Below, in pieces: positions 26,616 to 34,946 of a stretch of 38,915 nt of DNA (the first letter of the stretch is position 1; the number at the start of each line of letters is the position of its first letter). The notes under the pieces were generated by a model that was not told the origin of the DNA, made no database searches, and was given only the letters and a program-made list of their open reading frames with translations. Origin of the DNA: a virus. Lineage: Duplodnaviria > Caudoviricetes. Location: positions 1 through 38,915 of IMG/VR virus record IMGVR_UViG_3300048598_000532; one strand, written 5' to 3'. The translations under genes were made by a program, and so were the position numbers.

Positions 26616-27536
26616 CTACTTACGTTTTTGGGGCCTTACATGTTTGGCCTGCTGAGATACATCCTCACCGCTATCGGCTTTCAGGTCAGCCTTGATTTCC
26701 TCTTCGGTGAAGCCGGCGCGATCTTTGGCCTTAAGCAAGAATTCCACACTCTTTGCCGCTTGCAGGGTGGAAAAATTCGATTCTTCTTGCATCTTGGCTT
26801 GGTCGCTCGGCTTCCGGCTATCCAACCAGTCCATAAAGGCATCAAGGGCATCCTTTCGGCCAAGCAGCATCTGCCAAGAGGCCTCTTTCGCCTCCTTTAA
26901 GGCCGCCGCAACGGGTTCCGGCACGTCCGGGACGCGAAGCTTCAAGACCTCATTGGCTCCGGCCTGGGCGTATTGGCGAGCCTGCTTTAGGGATTGATAC
27001 AGGTCCCCCAAGCTGGCGTCCTTGCCCAACCGCCTGGTCATGGCCTTGGCATTTTCCATAAAGAGCGCACTGACGGCATCATATCCGTGCAATTCCTTCT
27101 CAAAGGCCCGGATCTTGGCCTTGTCGGCTTCCCTGGCCCGAGCCTGGGCCTGTTGTGCCTGCTCAATCTCGGCATGCTCGGCCTTCTCTTTGACTGCCTT
27201 TTCCTCAGCTAGCTTGGCGGCATCGACCGCCGGAGTCGACGGTGTAGCCGAGGCCGCTACAGGCTCGGGCTGTTTGGCCGGAACCTCTTCGGGCTGGGAG
27301 GCGGCCGCAGGCGCTGCTTCCGTGGCCGGCGTGGCCTGCTCGGCTTGGGGCTGCGGCGGTTGCGGAATAAAAATGTGGAGGGCTACCCCCATCACTAAAA
27401 AAAAGATCGCATACCAGCCGATTACCCGACCGCGAGTTCGCTTTCGAGCCCAAAATATCGCTCTGGTTGGACTGATCAGGCCAAACAGCAGCCACACAAA
27501 AGACCCCATAATCAGGAACCCGAGAAATGTTTCCAT
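26616..27536 (-). CDS. Membrane protein: two TM helices, Pro/Ala linker, helical domain
   Basis: Hydrophobic residues 1-57, PQPPQPQAEQATPA linker, charged helical C-terminus. Confidence 0.8.
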   Translation of the reverse strand: METFLGFLIMGSFVWLLFGLISPTRAIFWARKRTRGRVIGWYAIFFLVMGVALHIFIPQPPQPQAEQATPATEAAPAAASQPEEVPAKQPEPVAASATPSTPAVDAAKLAEEKAVKEKAEHAEIEQAQQAQARAREADKAKIRAFEKELHGYDAVSALFMENAKAMTRRLGKDASLGDLYQSLKQARQYAQAGANEVLKLRVPDVPEPVAAALKEAKEASWQMLLGRKDALDAFMDWLDSRKPSDQAKMQEESNFSTLQAAKSVEFLLKAKDRAGFTEEEIKADLKADSGEDVSQQAKHVRPQKRK

Positions 27537-27959
27537 CTACCACTCCTTCCGCCCACCCTCGTAGGGCTTGGCCAAGCCGGCCTTGACGAGCGCTCGACAC
27601 AAATCCTCCCGGCCCACAGTAATATCGGCCAGCAGGCGACCGCCGTATTTGTCCCGGCCGATATCCCGGAGCGTGAGCCGCATGCCGGGATGCACCCGAT
27701 CCTCGACAAACGCCTTGGCCGCTCGGGCCAGGACGGCCATCTCCGGCCGCGTATCGTGCATTTCCGGAGCGTCGCAGTGGCGCAGCCGCACAGACTGCGC
27801 GCGGAAATATTGCGGCATCCGCCCCAGGAGCTTGACCTTGATGGTGTCGCCATCCACCACGCTGACGACCTTGGCATCCATCTCCGGCCCGGCCTCACGC
27901 GCCTGGACCGGCCCGGCCAGCAGCATCAGACACAGAGGGATCGCGGTGATCGATTTCAT
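27537..27959 (-). CDS. Thermonuclease (SNase family) with a signal peptide
   Basis: VVDGDTI, VRL..DAPE, DKYGGRLLA and LVKAGLA..Y.GG motifs; N-terminal VQA cleavage-like site. Confidence 0.92.
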   Translation of the reverse strand: MKSITAIPLCLMLLAGPVQAREAGPEMDAKVVSVVDGDTIKVKLLGRMPQYFRAQSVRLRHCDAPEMHDTRPEMAVLARAAKAFVEDRVHPGMRLTLRDIGRDKYGGRLLADITVGREDLCRALVKAGLAKPYEGGRKEW

Positions 27960-27968
27960 GCCGATTCC

Positions 27969-28586
27969 TTATCGGATTTTTGATATTTCGCCTATCCCCT
28001 CATAGCACGCAAAGTCCCAGGCCTGCCGCTCCGCCCAACACAATCGGACACCCTTGATCCCACCAAAATACGTCGGCAAAGGGCGGAAATAGCGACATGT
28101 AGCACAAGGGGCTTCTGGCTTTTCCGCTACAGGCGAGTTTAAGGAATTCTGCAAACCTTTCTCCTTCACGAACGCCTCCACCGCCGCATCCATCAATAAA
28201 CAACGCAGACCAGAAACACCGCGAAATCGTTCCTGATCAAGAATCGTGAAACCCAACATTTGCAGCCAATATACCATTTGTACGGATCGGCGCTTCCGTA
28301 GCTCCTCATCGGCTCGCTGGTTGTAGGCAGACAGCACATACTTGACCCCCAGCCGGCCGTCTTCGATGTCCCCCCACAGAAAGGCCAGTGTTTGGGCCAA
28401 GACGTACTCTGCCGGATCTGTTGCATCCTGGGGAGGGTCGACCTCCTGCCACTGCACGCAAGTCCGGCAGGCCGGCGGTCGCGTGGGGAGATTGCCCAGA
28501 GAGGAGGATACCGGTCTGGTCCTGTTGGCCCGACATTGGGCTGGGCTGATACGGGCGTGGAGCCCTATACAGTCGAATAACTCCAT
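27969..28586 (-). CDS. Hypothetical protein with Cys clusters at both ends (putative Zn-binding)
   Basis: FDC..L.ARISPAQC..NR..ACRTC and PCATC..C..C; AGGA RBS; stop 9 nt before the nuclease start. Confidence 0.7.
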   Translation of the reverse strand: MELFDCIGLHARISPAQCRANRTRPVSSSLGNLPTRPPACRTCVQWQEVDPPQDATDPAEYVLAQTLAFLWGDIEDGRLGVKYVLSAYNQRADEELRKRRSVQMVYWLQMLGFTILDQERFRGVSGLRCLLMDAAVEAFVKEKGLQNSLNSPVAEKPEAPCATCRYFRPLPTYFGGIKGVRLCWAERQAWDFACYEGIGEISKIR

Positions 28587-28625
28587 CCTGGTGTCCTACG
28601 GCCAGATTCAAGGGCTTGATCGAAA

Positions 28626-28665
28626 GAGCTGCGCGTCACGGCACGCAACGATACCGGACCTAGCT
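28626..28665 (-). repeat. Array of eight 5-nt NGY-NN units directly after the Cas7-like gene (putative guide RNA)
   Basis: Minus strand AGCta GGTcc GGTat CGTtg CGTgc CGTga CGCgc AGCtc; G then pyrimidine conserved in 8 of 8 units. Confidence 0.75.
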
Positions 28666-28666
28666 G

Positions 28667-29317
28667 TTACGTTGCACTATGGGAGACAAGGTCGAAGGCA
28701 AATCGACCGAAGCCTCCACCCCGAAATTGACCAAGCCCTTTAATCTGACCATATTCCAGAAGCTGCTCGACTACGCTCCATTGCACCTCGCCATGCGGCA
28801 GAAGGCCGATCCAGACATTAAATGAAATGCCGGCGTTGATGATTTCCGACGTGGCGATGCAGCTCATGGGACCATCTTTCGTGATCCTCCGGAGCGGCCG
28901 TCTGAAGATCCCGTTCGGTTCCTGCTGCAAGGGAATGATGCGCGGCCCACAAAACACGTAGCGGGTCAGCTTGTTCCTGAGCGCCGCGATGCCCTCTTTG
29001 GTCGCCCTGGCCCGTTTGCCCGTGGTCTCGTAGCGCACGATGTCTTTGAGGGTGTTGCCCGCCTCCTTGAGAAATCCGAAGAACTGGTAGTCCAGGAGGG
29101 AACACCAGCCATCATTGTTGCGCAAGAAGACCGTGGTCCGCTCATCCATCCCTTCCGGTAACATGGCCATTTCTTCCGCGCCTTCGGCATCCGGCTCCGG
29201 GGCCTTGGCCGCCACGAGGTCTTGGTACACCTGCCGTTGCGACGGCAACGAGCCTAAAATGGGCTCGACCAAGGTAATCTTATACGTTCTGTATTGTATG
29301 CGATCACTCAGTGACAT
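28667..29317 (-). CDS. Solitary Cas7/RAMP-like protein
   Basis: N-terminal strand YKITLVEPILGSLP, GFLKEA helix, RRPLR...SE thumb and C-terminal Gly-rich loop GLGQFRGGGFGRF; no other cas genes in the window. Confidence 0.78.
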   Translation of the reverse strand: MSLSDRIQYRTYKITLVEPILGSLPSQRQVYQDLVAAKAPEPDAEGAEEMAMLPEGMDERTTVFLRNNDGWCSLLDYQFFGFLKEAGNTLKDIVRYETTGKRARATKEGIAALRNKLTRYVFCGPRIIPLQQEPNGIFRRPLRRITKDGPMSCIATSEIINAGISFNVWIGLLPHGEVQWSVVEQLLEYGQIKGLGQFRGGGFGRFAFDLVSHSAT

Positions 29318-29320
29318 GGC

Positions 29321-29614
29321 CTACTCCTCAAAAAGACTCTTTACGACCAGCTTGCCGACATACCCAGGCCCTGTGTACGATCCGAGCGTCATGTAAGCAT
29401 GCAACAGATAGGTCCCGACCTCGGCCAGATCATCCGCTCGCGTCAGATACTGCAACGATCGTCCATCATCCCCGATGGTCGCCGGCCAGTGCTTGATCTC
29501 TCCAGATACCGGCAACTTGACTAAAATTTCAGTATCCTGGGCATCGGAAATGTCGCGCCCGCAATCCGCCTCGATAAGCAGTCCGACGGTGCCTGCATAG
29601 TAATTCTTGGCCAC
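29321..29614 (-). CDS. Small Ig-like virion protein (BppU-like)
   Basis: DIS.A....ILVK.P..W.ATI..LQY.T..DL.EVGTY.L pattern; GTG start with GAGG RBS. Confidence 0.55.
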   Translation of the reverse strand: MAKNYYAGTVGLLIEADCGRDISDAQDTEILVKLPVSGEIKHWPATIGDDGRSLQYLTRADDLAEVGTYLLHAYMTLGSYTGPGYVGKLVVKSLFEE

Positions 29615-29617
29615 GCG

Positions 29618-30424
29618 CTAACCTCTCGTTTGTTCGACTCGGATGGGCGAAACGAACCGGACAGATGTCTGAATGGATGATGTGATGTCCGCGTCGATGA
29701 AAAGTGGCAGAGAAAGAGGCGCCGAGTCCGTCAGATCGGACGCAACCATGCAATCTGTCACCATGGGCAATTCCAGGGTGGCGTCTGGGACAACCGGCGA
29801 GGCAAAACGGAAGATCTGCCGGATATCCGTCAGGCCGGTGCGGACAGGCCAGGCATGGCAAAGCAGGCGGACACGCTCCACCAGGACAGCGGTATCCAGG
29901 CTAACCGTAGCCGGCTGGGCCAGCAAAGACAGCCACCCGCCATCGACCTCGGCCGCGATCCCGGGCATTGCCTGGGCCGCTCCCACCAGCACATCCAGCC
30001 GCGCCGGCAGGGGCGTTGCCGTGGCCTGCACAGCCGCGTCCGCAGCCCTGGCGGCAACGGACATCCCGGCCGCATTGCCCGTTGCCTCGATAAGGGGGGC
30101 GCCATCGGCCGTCCGAGCCGCAAAAGCCAGCTCGGCCGTGGCCACCCCTGCCGAACAGGCAATCCCAGTCGCGACCGACCCGGCTGCAACCGCCACCTTG
30201 GCGTGGTCGACTGGCGCGGCTAGATCCGGGGCGGCCGTGGCCAGGTTGGCGGTGGCCGTCATGCTGGCCGGCACGACGGCCACCGTCGCCGCGACCGCAA
30301 CCGTGGCCGCGCGAGGCGTCAGGCTGGCCATGGCCACGCCAACCGATACGGAGGCGTCACCACTGGTCCAGGCTATATCGTCGCCGACCCAGGCGCTCGG
30401 GGCATCGCTCCAGGGACCGTTCAT
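29618..30424 (-). CDS. Ala/Val/Thr-rich repetitive putative virion appendage protein
   Basis: Repetitive beta-type composition; translationally coupled between two virion-type genes. Confidence 0.55.
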   Translation of the reverse strand: MNGPWSDAPSAWVGDDIAWTSGDASVSVGVAMASLTPRAATVAVAATVAVVPASMTATANLATAAPDLAAPVDHAKVAVAAGSVATGIACSAGVATAELAFAARTADGAPLIEATGNAAGMSVAARAADAAVQATATPLPARLDVLVGAAQAMPGIAAEVDGGWLSLLAQPATVSLDTAVLVERVRLLCHAWPVRTGLTDIRQIFRFASPVVPDATLELPMVTDCMVASDLTDSAPLSLPLFIDADITSSIQTSVRFVSPIRVEQTRG

Positions 30425-30428
30425 GTCA

Positions 30429-30854
30429 TCAGCTCAGGGTCAGGATGCCGGCCGTATCGAAGACCACCGCAAACGTGCCACCCGCAACACCCTTGTCGGC
30501 CCCGAAGTCGAGCAGGCAGACCAGGGGATTGGTGACGCCGTTCGATGTGCCGGACAGATAGACCACGGCATAGCGGGCGGTGATGGTGGCATTGCTCCAG
30601 GTGGGGTTGGCGGCATCGAGCACTGCCGCAGTCTCGACCGTGGTCCAGGTGACATCGGTCAGGGTCAGGCCTCCGGCCGCATAGCCGGTCCCGGACACCT
30701 CGTCGGCAGAGACATCCGCAAGCACCGCATGCGCTGCGGACGGCACGTAGGCGGATGTCAGCAAGGCGCATTTGAGCACGGTCGCCGAATTGTCCAGGTC
30801 AAAGGTGCCGTCGCCGATGCGGCGCTTAAAACTGGTGTAGACAAGGGTGGCCAT
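30429..30854 (-). CDS. Putative virion structural protein
   Basis: VY.SFK....G..DLD...LKCALLTSAY.P...EVSGTGYAAGG.TL...W.NATITARYAVVY...L..DFG pattern common in phage structural genes. Confidence 0.65.
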   Translation of the reverse strand: MATLVYTSFKRRIGDGTFDLDNSATVLKCALLTSAYVPSAAHAVLADVSADEVSGTGYAAGGLTLTDVTWTTVETAAVLDAANPTWSNATITARYAVVYLSGTSNGVTNPLVCLLDFGADKGVAGGTFAVVFDTAGILTLS

Positions 30855-30865
30855 AGAGTACCTCG

Positions 30866-31183
30866 CTAAATAAGTTGATATTGATCCCTTTTTATGGGGG
30901 CATCGGACACGACGTCCTGGACAAACCGCTCGGTCATGCCTGTGGCCAGGGCCAGGAGCTTGGTGTTGCTGCCGTCATGGTTGGCGCGGATGAAGCGGAT
31001 CGCGGCCCTTTTGAGGGCATACTTGGGCACGCACAACTTGGTCCCGCCCATGTGCAGGATCAGGCGCACGGCCACGTCGAGACCGCACTGCTCGGCCACC
31101 AGACCGATATCCCCGGTCAAATCCTCGGGGGTGATCGTGGCCAAGAAATCGTCCCGGTTCAGCTCCGCGCGTGTCTGCGTCAT
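30866..31183 (-). CDS. mor: Mor/C-family transcription activator
   Basis: VAEQCGLDVA.RL...GGTKL.VPK...IR..HDGSNTK.LA..TGMTERFV HTH; follows gemA. Confidence 0.85.
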   Translation of the reverse strand: MTQTRAELNRDDFLATITPEDLTGDIGLVAEQCGLDVAVRLILHMGGTKLCVPKYALKRAAIRFIRANHDGSNTKLLALATGMTERFVQDVVSDAPIKRDQYQLI

Positions 31184-31635
31184 TCCCGCTTGGCTCCCAT
31201 GGCTTCCAGGGCCTTGACCAGGGCCTGGATATCGCTGTGCCCGCACCACGCCAGGCGCGGTTTGCCCGTGATCCGCCGCGTGAACGCATCCAGGGCGGTC
31301 CGACGGTCTGTCTCGGTGGTCTGCCGACTGACCTGACGCCAGAGGACCGCCACGAGCCGGATCTGGGCCTCCGAGGCCGCGCCGGGCCGACGCTTAGGAG
31401 CCCGAAAGGTCGAGGAGGCTTTCCAGACGTCGGCCTCAACGGCTTGGGCTTCCAGGTATTCCAGGCAATCAGCCATCCTGCGCGCTGACAGATCCTTCGA
31501 CGAGGCAGCACCGAAACGTTCCAGGACCGCTTGATAGGTGGCGTCATCAAAGGCCAGTGCTCGCTTGAGCGCATGGACTTTTGCGATCTGGCCCGGGGTG
31601 GGACTGGTGGTGGATTTTTTGGTGGTGGCGGGCAT
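31180..31635 (-). CDS. gemA: GemA family protein (DUF1018)
   Basis: QIAKVH..K..L..DD.TY..L...G..SSKDL; Q...V..LW; LVKALEAM. Confidence 0.88.
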   Translation of the reverse strand: MPATTKKSTTSPTPGQIAKVHALKRALAFDDATYQAVLERFGAASSKDLSARRMADCLEYLEAQAVEADVWKASSTFRAPKRRPGAASEAQIRLVAVLWRQVSRQTTETDRRTALDAFTRRITGKPRLAWCGHSDIQALVKALEAMGAKRE

Positions 31636-31922
31636 TAGAGGGTCTCCGTGCGCAACCTGGGAAGATATATCGTGTTCAACTCATACACTCCGGCGACAGT
31701 CGGTGTATCGATGCCTTCTTGTTCGGCGATCTTTCCGAGAGAGATGCCAGACCAGATCATGTCGAGGATGCGTTGTCGCTGCTCCTTGGGGAGTGCCCTC
31801 GCGTTCCGCTTCCATTCCGCTTTGAGGGTAGCTATTGAGAGTCGCCGCTTTCGCGGTTCCAGCCCCAGATCCTTGCGAATCTTGTTTTCCTCGGCCAGGG
31901 TCATTTTACGGGACTTTTTCAC
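31635..31922 (-). CDS. Hypothetical basic protein with a possible HTH
   Basis: Coupled in the operon; GISLGKIAEQEGIDTPTV. Confidence 0.65.
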   Translation of the reverse strand: MKKSRKMTLAEENKIRKDLGLEPRKRRLSIATLKAEWKRNARALPKEQRQRILDMIWSGISLGKIAEQEGIDTPTVAGVYELNTIYLPRLRTETL

Positions 31923-32122
31923 GACGCATCCCCCGCAGTGTGGTCGGCAATGGCTTCCTCAAGGCTGTTCACGCTGTCCAGGATTTCATCCACCAACACG
32001 ACGGTATAGTTGTCGAAATCACCCCACAGGTACGCGATGCCGTACAACTGTTCCCGGATCGACTTAAGCTTCCGCCGCGACTTGGCGGCTGCTCGTTTCG
32101 GTGTCCACGCTTGTGCGACCAT
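31919..32122 (-). CDS. Hypothetical protein
   Basis: 67-aa ORF overlapping the next gene by 4 nt. Confidence 0.65.
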   Translation of the reverse strand: MVAQAWTPKRAAAKSRRKLKSIREQLYGIAYLWGDFDNYTVVLVDEILDSVNSLEEAIADHTAGDAS

Positions 32123-32137
32123 TCTTTTCCCCCTGGC

Positions 32138-32197
32138 TGCATCTTCAAAGCCGGAGCCGCCACGCTCCGACGACCGCCCGCGTGGGGCGGTTTCGCA
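32138..32197 (-). ncRNA. Variant type II hammerhead-like RNA
   Basis: UGC-GAAA-CCGCCC-cacgc-GGGCGG-UC-GUCGGAGC-guggcg-GCUCCGGC-UUUGAAGA-U-GCA; stems intact, core deviates from CUGANGA. Confidence 0.62.
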
Positions 32198-32203
32198 TGG
32201 GGA

Positions 32204-32503
32204 TCAGCAGTTGACGGTATGCTTGAGGGCCACGCTCGGCCGAAAAACCACGGCCCGGCCCGCCGGGATGTCAATGGGTGCGCCGGTCCGGGGATTGCGC
32301 CCCTTGCGAGCCTTCCGGCCCTTGACGTCCAGCTTGCCCAGGTGCGGCAGCGGCACCTCGACGCCATCGAACAGGGCCGCGCCGGCCACGATGCCCAACG
32401 CATCAAGCACATGGCCGATGACCGTCTTTTCGTGGACATGCTTTGTCCGCATGTCCTGCGACAATTGCCATTGGATCTTGCTGATCAATTCCGCATTGGT
32501 CAT
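32204..32503 (-). CDS. HU/IHF-family DNA-binding protein
   Basis: MTNAELI...V.LPHLGKL.V..RKARKGRNPRTG..I.IPA...V.FRPS..LK. Confidence 0.92.
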   Translation of the reverse strand: MTNAELISKIQWQLSQDMRTKHVHEKTVIGHVLDALGIVAGAALFDGVEVPLPHLGKLDVKGRKARKGRNPRTGAPIDIPAGRAVVFRPSVALKHTVNC

Positions 32504-32575
32504 GTTCATATCCTCCGTGCATTGCAATTTTCGAAATTTTGCAAATTGACTTTTATGCTTGACCGATTTTTGCGG

Positions 32576-33190
32576 TTACAGCGCCGCCATATCGAGGCTA
32601 ACGGCTTCATATTTGCCGTCTTCGCGCCTCGCGTAAATGCGGATATAGGCCTTGGTGCCGGCAACTTGCAGGCTGTCGGACACGGCCTGCATGGCCCGGC
32701 GCCACCGGTCATCGTCAATGGCCAGGCGCCGCAGGGACAAGACGCGGCCGGTATTGATGCGACCTTCCTTGTCCACCTGGAAGGCGTCATTGATGAGCGC
32801 CTTGAGTTCGTCCCGGCTGCCCTCGGTCCACTCGGTGATGCACTCGTCGATCAACTCCTTGGCCGCCTGGAGCCGCTCATCAAAGACCAGCGTTTCGGCG
32901 ATCGACCGCTGGATTTTAAACTGGCCGTCGTAGCTCGTGAGCGTCAGATTGCCCTTGTGGCCGCCCACCTTGGCCCCGTACTGCTCGGCCGACAGCTCCA
33001 CGAACGTAGCCATGTCGCCCATGGCATCATCACGGAAGACCCGCATGGTTTCGCGCAGGGCGAGGGCCTTGCCGGCGATCTCGCGCACGAGCGTATCGCG
33101 CACCTTGTCCACGTCCTTGACCAGATTGACCGGCACCAGCCGGCCCTGGGCATCCTTCATGTACCCATCCCGGGTGGCCGCATCGTTCAC
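32576..33190 (-). CDS. DUF3164 family protein of Mu-like phages
   Basis: YMKDAQGRLVP, GGHKGNLTLTSYDG, FDERLQAAKELIDEC and AFQVDKEG motifs. Confidence 0.9.
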   Translation of the reverse strand: MNDAATRDGYMKDAQGRLVPVNLVKDVDKVRDTLVREIAGKALALRETMRVFRDDAMGDMATFVELSAEQYGAKVGGHKGNLTLTSYDGQFKIQRSIAETLVFDERLQAAKELIDECITEWTEGSRDELKALINDAFQVDKEGRINTGRVLSLRRLAIDDDRWRRAMQAVSDSLQVAGTKAYIRIYARREDGKYEAVSLDMAAL

Positions 33191-33375
33191 GGCTGCACCT
33201 CCTTTCTGCAATCCACCAAAAAGAGTGGGGAGTTCTCGAATTCCACGGCCAGATCGGCCGCGTCGGCCAGCTCCGAGCGGAGAACGGCGATAAAGCTCTT
33301 GGACTCCGCATCGGGGAGCTTGCCGGCCAGCAGCCCCAAGCTGTTGCTCACGTTCAAAATCTTGCGCGACAACAT
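33187..33375 (-). CDS. Hypothetical protein
   Basis: AAGGAGG RBS before MLSRKILNV; overlaps the next gene. Confidence 0.7.
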   Translation of the reverse strand: MLSRKILNVSNSLGLLAGKLPDAESKSFIAVLRSELADAADLAVEFENSPLFLVDCRKEVQP

Positions 33376-33379
33376 GATG

Positions 33380-33706
33380 TTATCCTCCTTGCTTGGCCCC
33401 TCGAGGGCAGGTTGAACAGGTTTTGAACAGCCGTAGCGTTTCGGGATTGCCGGCCCGAAGGCCGATGCGCCGGGCCCGGTCCTGGTTGGCGGCGCAGACC
33501 GCCGCGTCGATCGCCCCCAACACCGGACAGACGACGGTCGCGCCGCCATAGACGGCCAGGACCCGGGCCTCAATCTTGTCGGTTCTGGCCGGATAGGTGC
33601 CTTTGGCCACCATGCAGACCGTGGACTTGGCCACCCCCAGCTCCCTGGCCACGATGGGCAGGCCCTTGACCGCCACCTGGTCGCGCAGGATTTCCAGCCA
33701 GCCCAT
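33380..33706 (-). CDS. HTH protein with a C-terminal Cys cluster
   Basis: VARELGVAKSTV.MV..GTY; CPVLG..C..CSTCP. Confidence 0.82.
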   Translation of the reverse strand: MGWLEILRDQVAVKGLPIVARELGVAKSTVCMVAKGTYPARTDKIEARVLAVYGGATVVCPVLGAIDAAVCAANQDRARRIGLRAGNPETLRLFKTCSTCPRGAKQGG

Positions 33707-34248
33707 CAGACGTCTCCCTCGGTGATGGGTTCGTGGGTCTCGGGCCGGCGCGCGCCGGCATCCGTGACCAGCACCCAGAGCGTTTCCCGACCGTCCCGGC
33801 CGGCCCGGCGCACGTAATGCTCACGGAGCAAGACGCGCAGATACTCGCGGCACATGTCTTCGCCGCAGCCGGTCAGGCGCATGAGGTTTCCGACGGTGGT
33901 GCGGCGCACGGCACGCAAGGTGCTCCACACCTTGTCCCGGCAGGTCACCCGGGACCGGTCCTGGTGCGCGCGGTGCAGCCGGATGTCCCGATGCACCAGA
34001 TAGGCGGGGTTTCGCCGCTTTGGCCCGCACTCGCCCGGCGCCGGTCGCAGGCGCACGTCCTCGACGAGTTCCAGCCAGCCTTCGCGCGCCAGACGTTCCA
34101 ACACCCGCAACACAGGACGGCGAGGACAGCCCGAGGCGTCCACCACCTCGGCCAGAGACACTCGGCCACTGATAAACCGGCCGTCGAGGATGGTCCGGGT
34201 GGCGATGACGGTCCGCACCATGGCCAGGATCTTGGTTGGCGCGCCCAT
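33706..34248 (-). CDS. Putative winged-helix DNA-binding protein
   Basis: Two wHTH-like halves; follows MuB. Confidence 0.7.
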   Translation of the reverse strand: MGAPTKILAMVRTVIATRTILDGRFISGRVSLAEVVDASGCPRRPVLRVLERLAREGWLELVEDVRLRPAPGECGPKRRNPAYLVHRDIRLHRAHQDRSRVTCRDKVWSTLRAVRRTTVGNLMRLTGCGEDMCREYLRVLLREHYVRRAGRDGRETLWVLVTDAGARRPETHEPITEGDV

Positions 34249-34250
34249 GA

Positions 34251-34946
34251 TCAGGCCGCCTTGGCCTTGAGGTGGTCGGCCGTGACAACGTCCGTTTTTT
34301 TGGCCCGAGCCAGCCGTTCACAGGCCTGTGCCCAGCGATACAGCGACGCCGTGGACGTGCATTTGCTCGAAGAGGCGATGGCATCCACGGCCGAGTCGTC
34401 CACCGTGACCTCGCAGATCTGGTCCATGACCAGACGCACGTCGTCGCGCCCAAGACCGTGGAACTTCACGGACTGGGAGATGCGCCGCCACAAGGCCGGG
34501 AAGGCTTGCAGGCGCGTCTCGGCCCAAGGCATGCCGATAAGCACAATAGGTGTGCCGGCCATGTCGCCCAGGTCGCGGATGGTCTCGACCAGGGTCTTTT
34601 TCTCGGCCACATAGTCCACCTCATCGAAAATGAGCGCCCGGTCCGTGCCGAGCAGCTCGCCCACGGCCTGATGAAACAGATCGGAAGTGCGACGCTCGGG
34701 CACCAGCCCCAGCTCGGCCACGATCTCTTCCAGGAGCCAGCGCACCGTCATGGCCTTTTTCACCCGGATAAAGGCCGACTGAGGCGACACGGTGTTTCGC
34801 CACCACAAGTTCGTCTCGGTTTTGCCCAGGCCCACCTCCCCGTGGACCAGGGCAAACTTGTCGATGCCCGGAGGGCTGGCCACCACGGTATTCATGGCCA
34901 CCAGGAACCGCTTGACGTTGACCGTCTCCACGAAACACTTTTTCAC
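34251..34946 (-). CDS. MuB-like AAA+ transposition ATPase
   Basis: Walker A GEVGLGKT, Walker B LIFDEVD, IRDL.D..PIVLIGM. Confidence 0.92.
   Translation of the reverse strand: MKKCFVETVNVKRFLVAMNTVVASPPGIDKFALVHGEVGLGKTETNLWWRNTVSPQSAFIRVKKAMTVRWLLEEIVAELGLVPERRTSDLFHQAVGELLGTDRALIFDEVDYVAEKKTLVETIRDLGDMAGTPIVLIGMPWAETRLQAFPALWRRISQSVKFHGLGRDDVRLVMDQICEVTVDDSAVDAIASSSKCTSTASLYRWAQACERLARAKKTDVVTADHLKAKAA

Noticed and set aside
28626-28665. CRISPR array next to the Cas7-like gene
   Set aside because: No 23-47-nt direct repeats with spacers were seen here or elsewhere in the window; the signal is a 5-nt periodicity and is reported separately.
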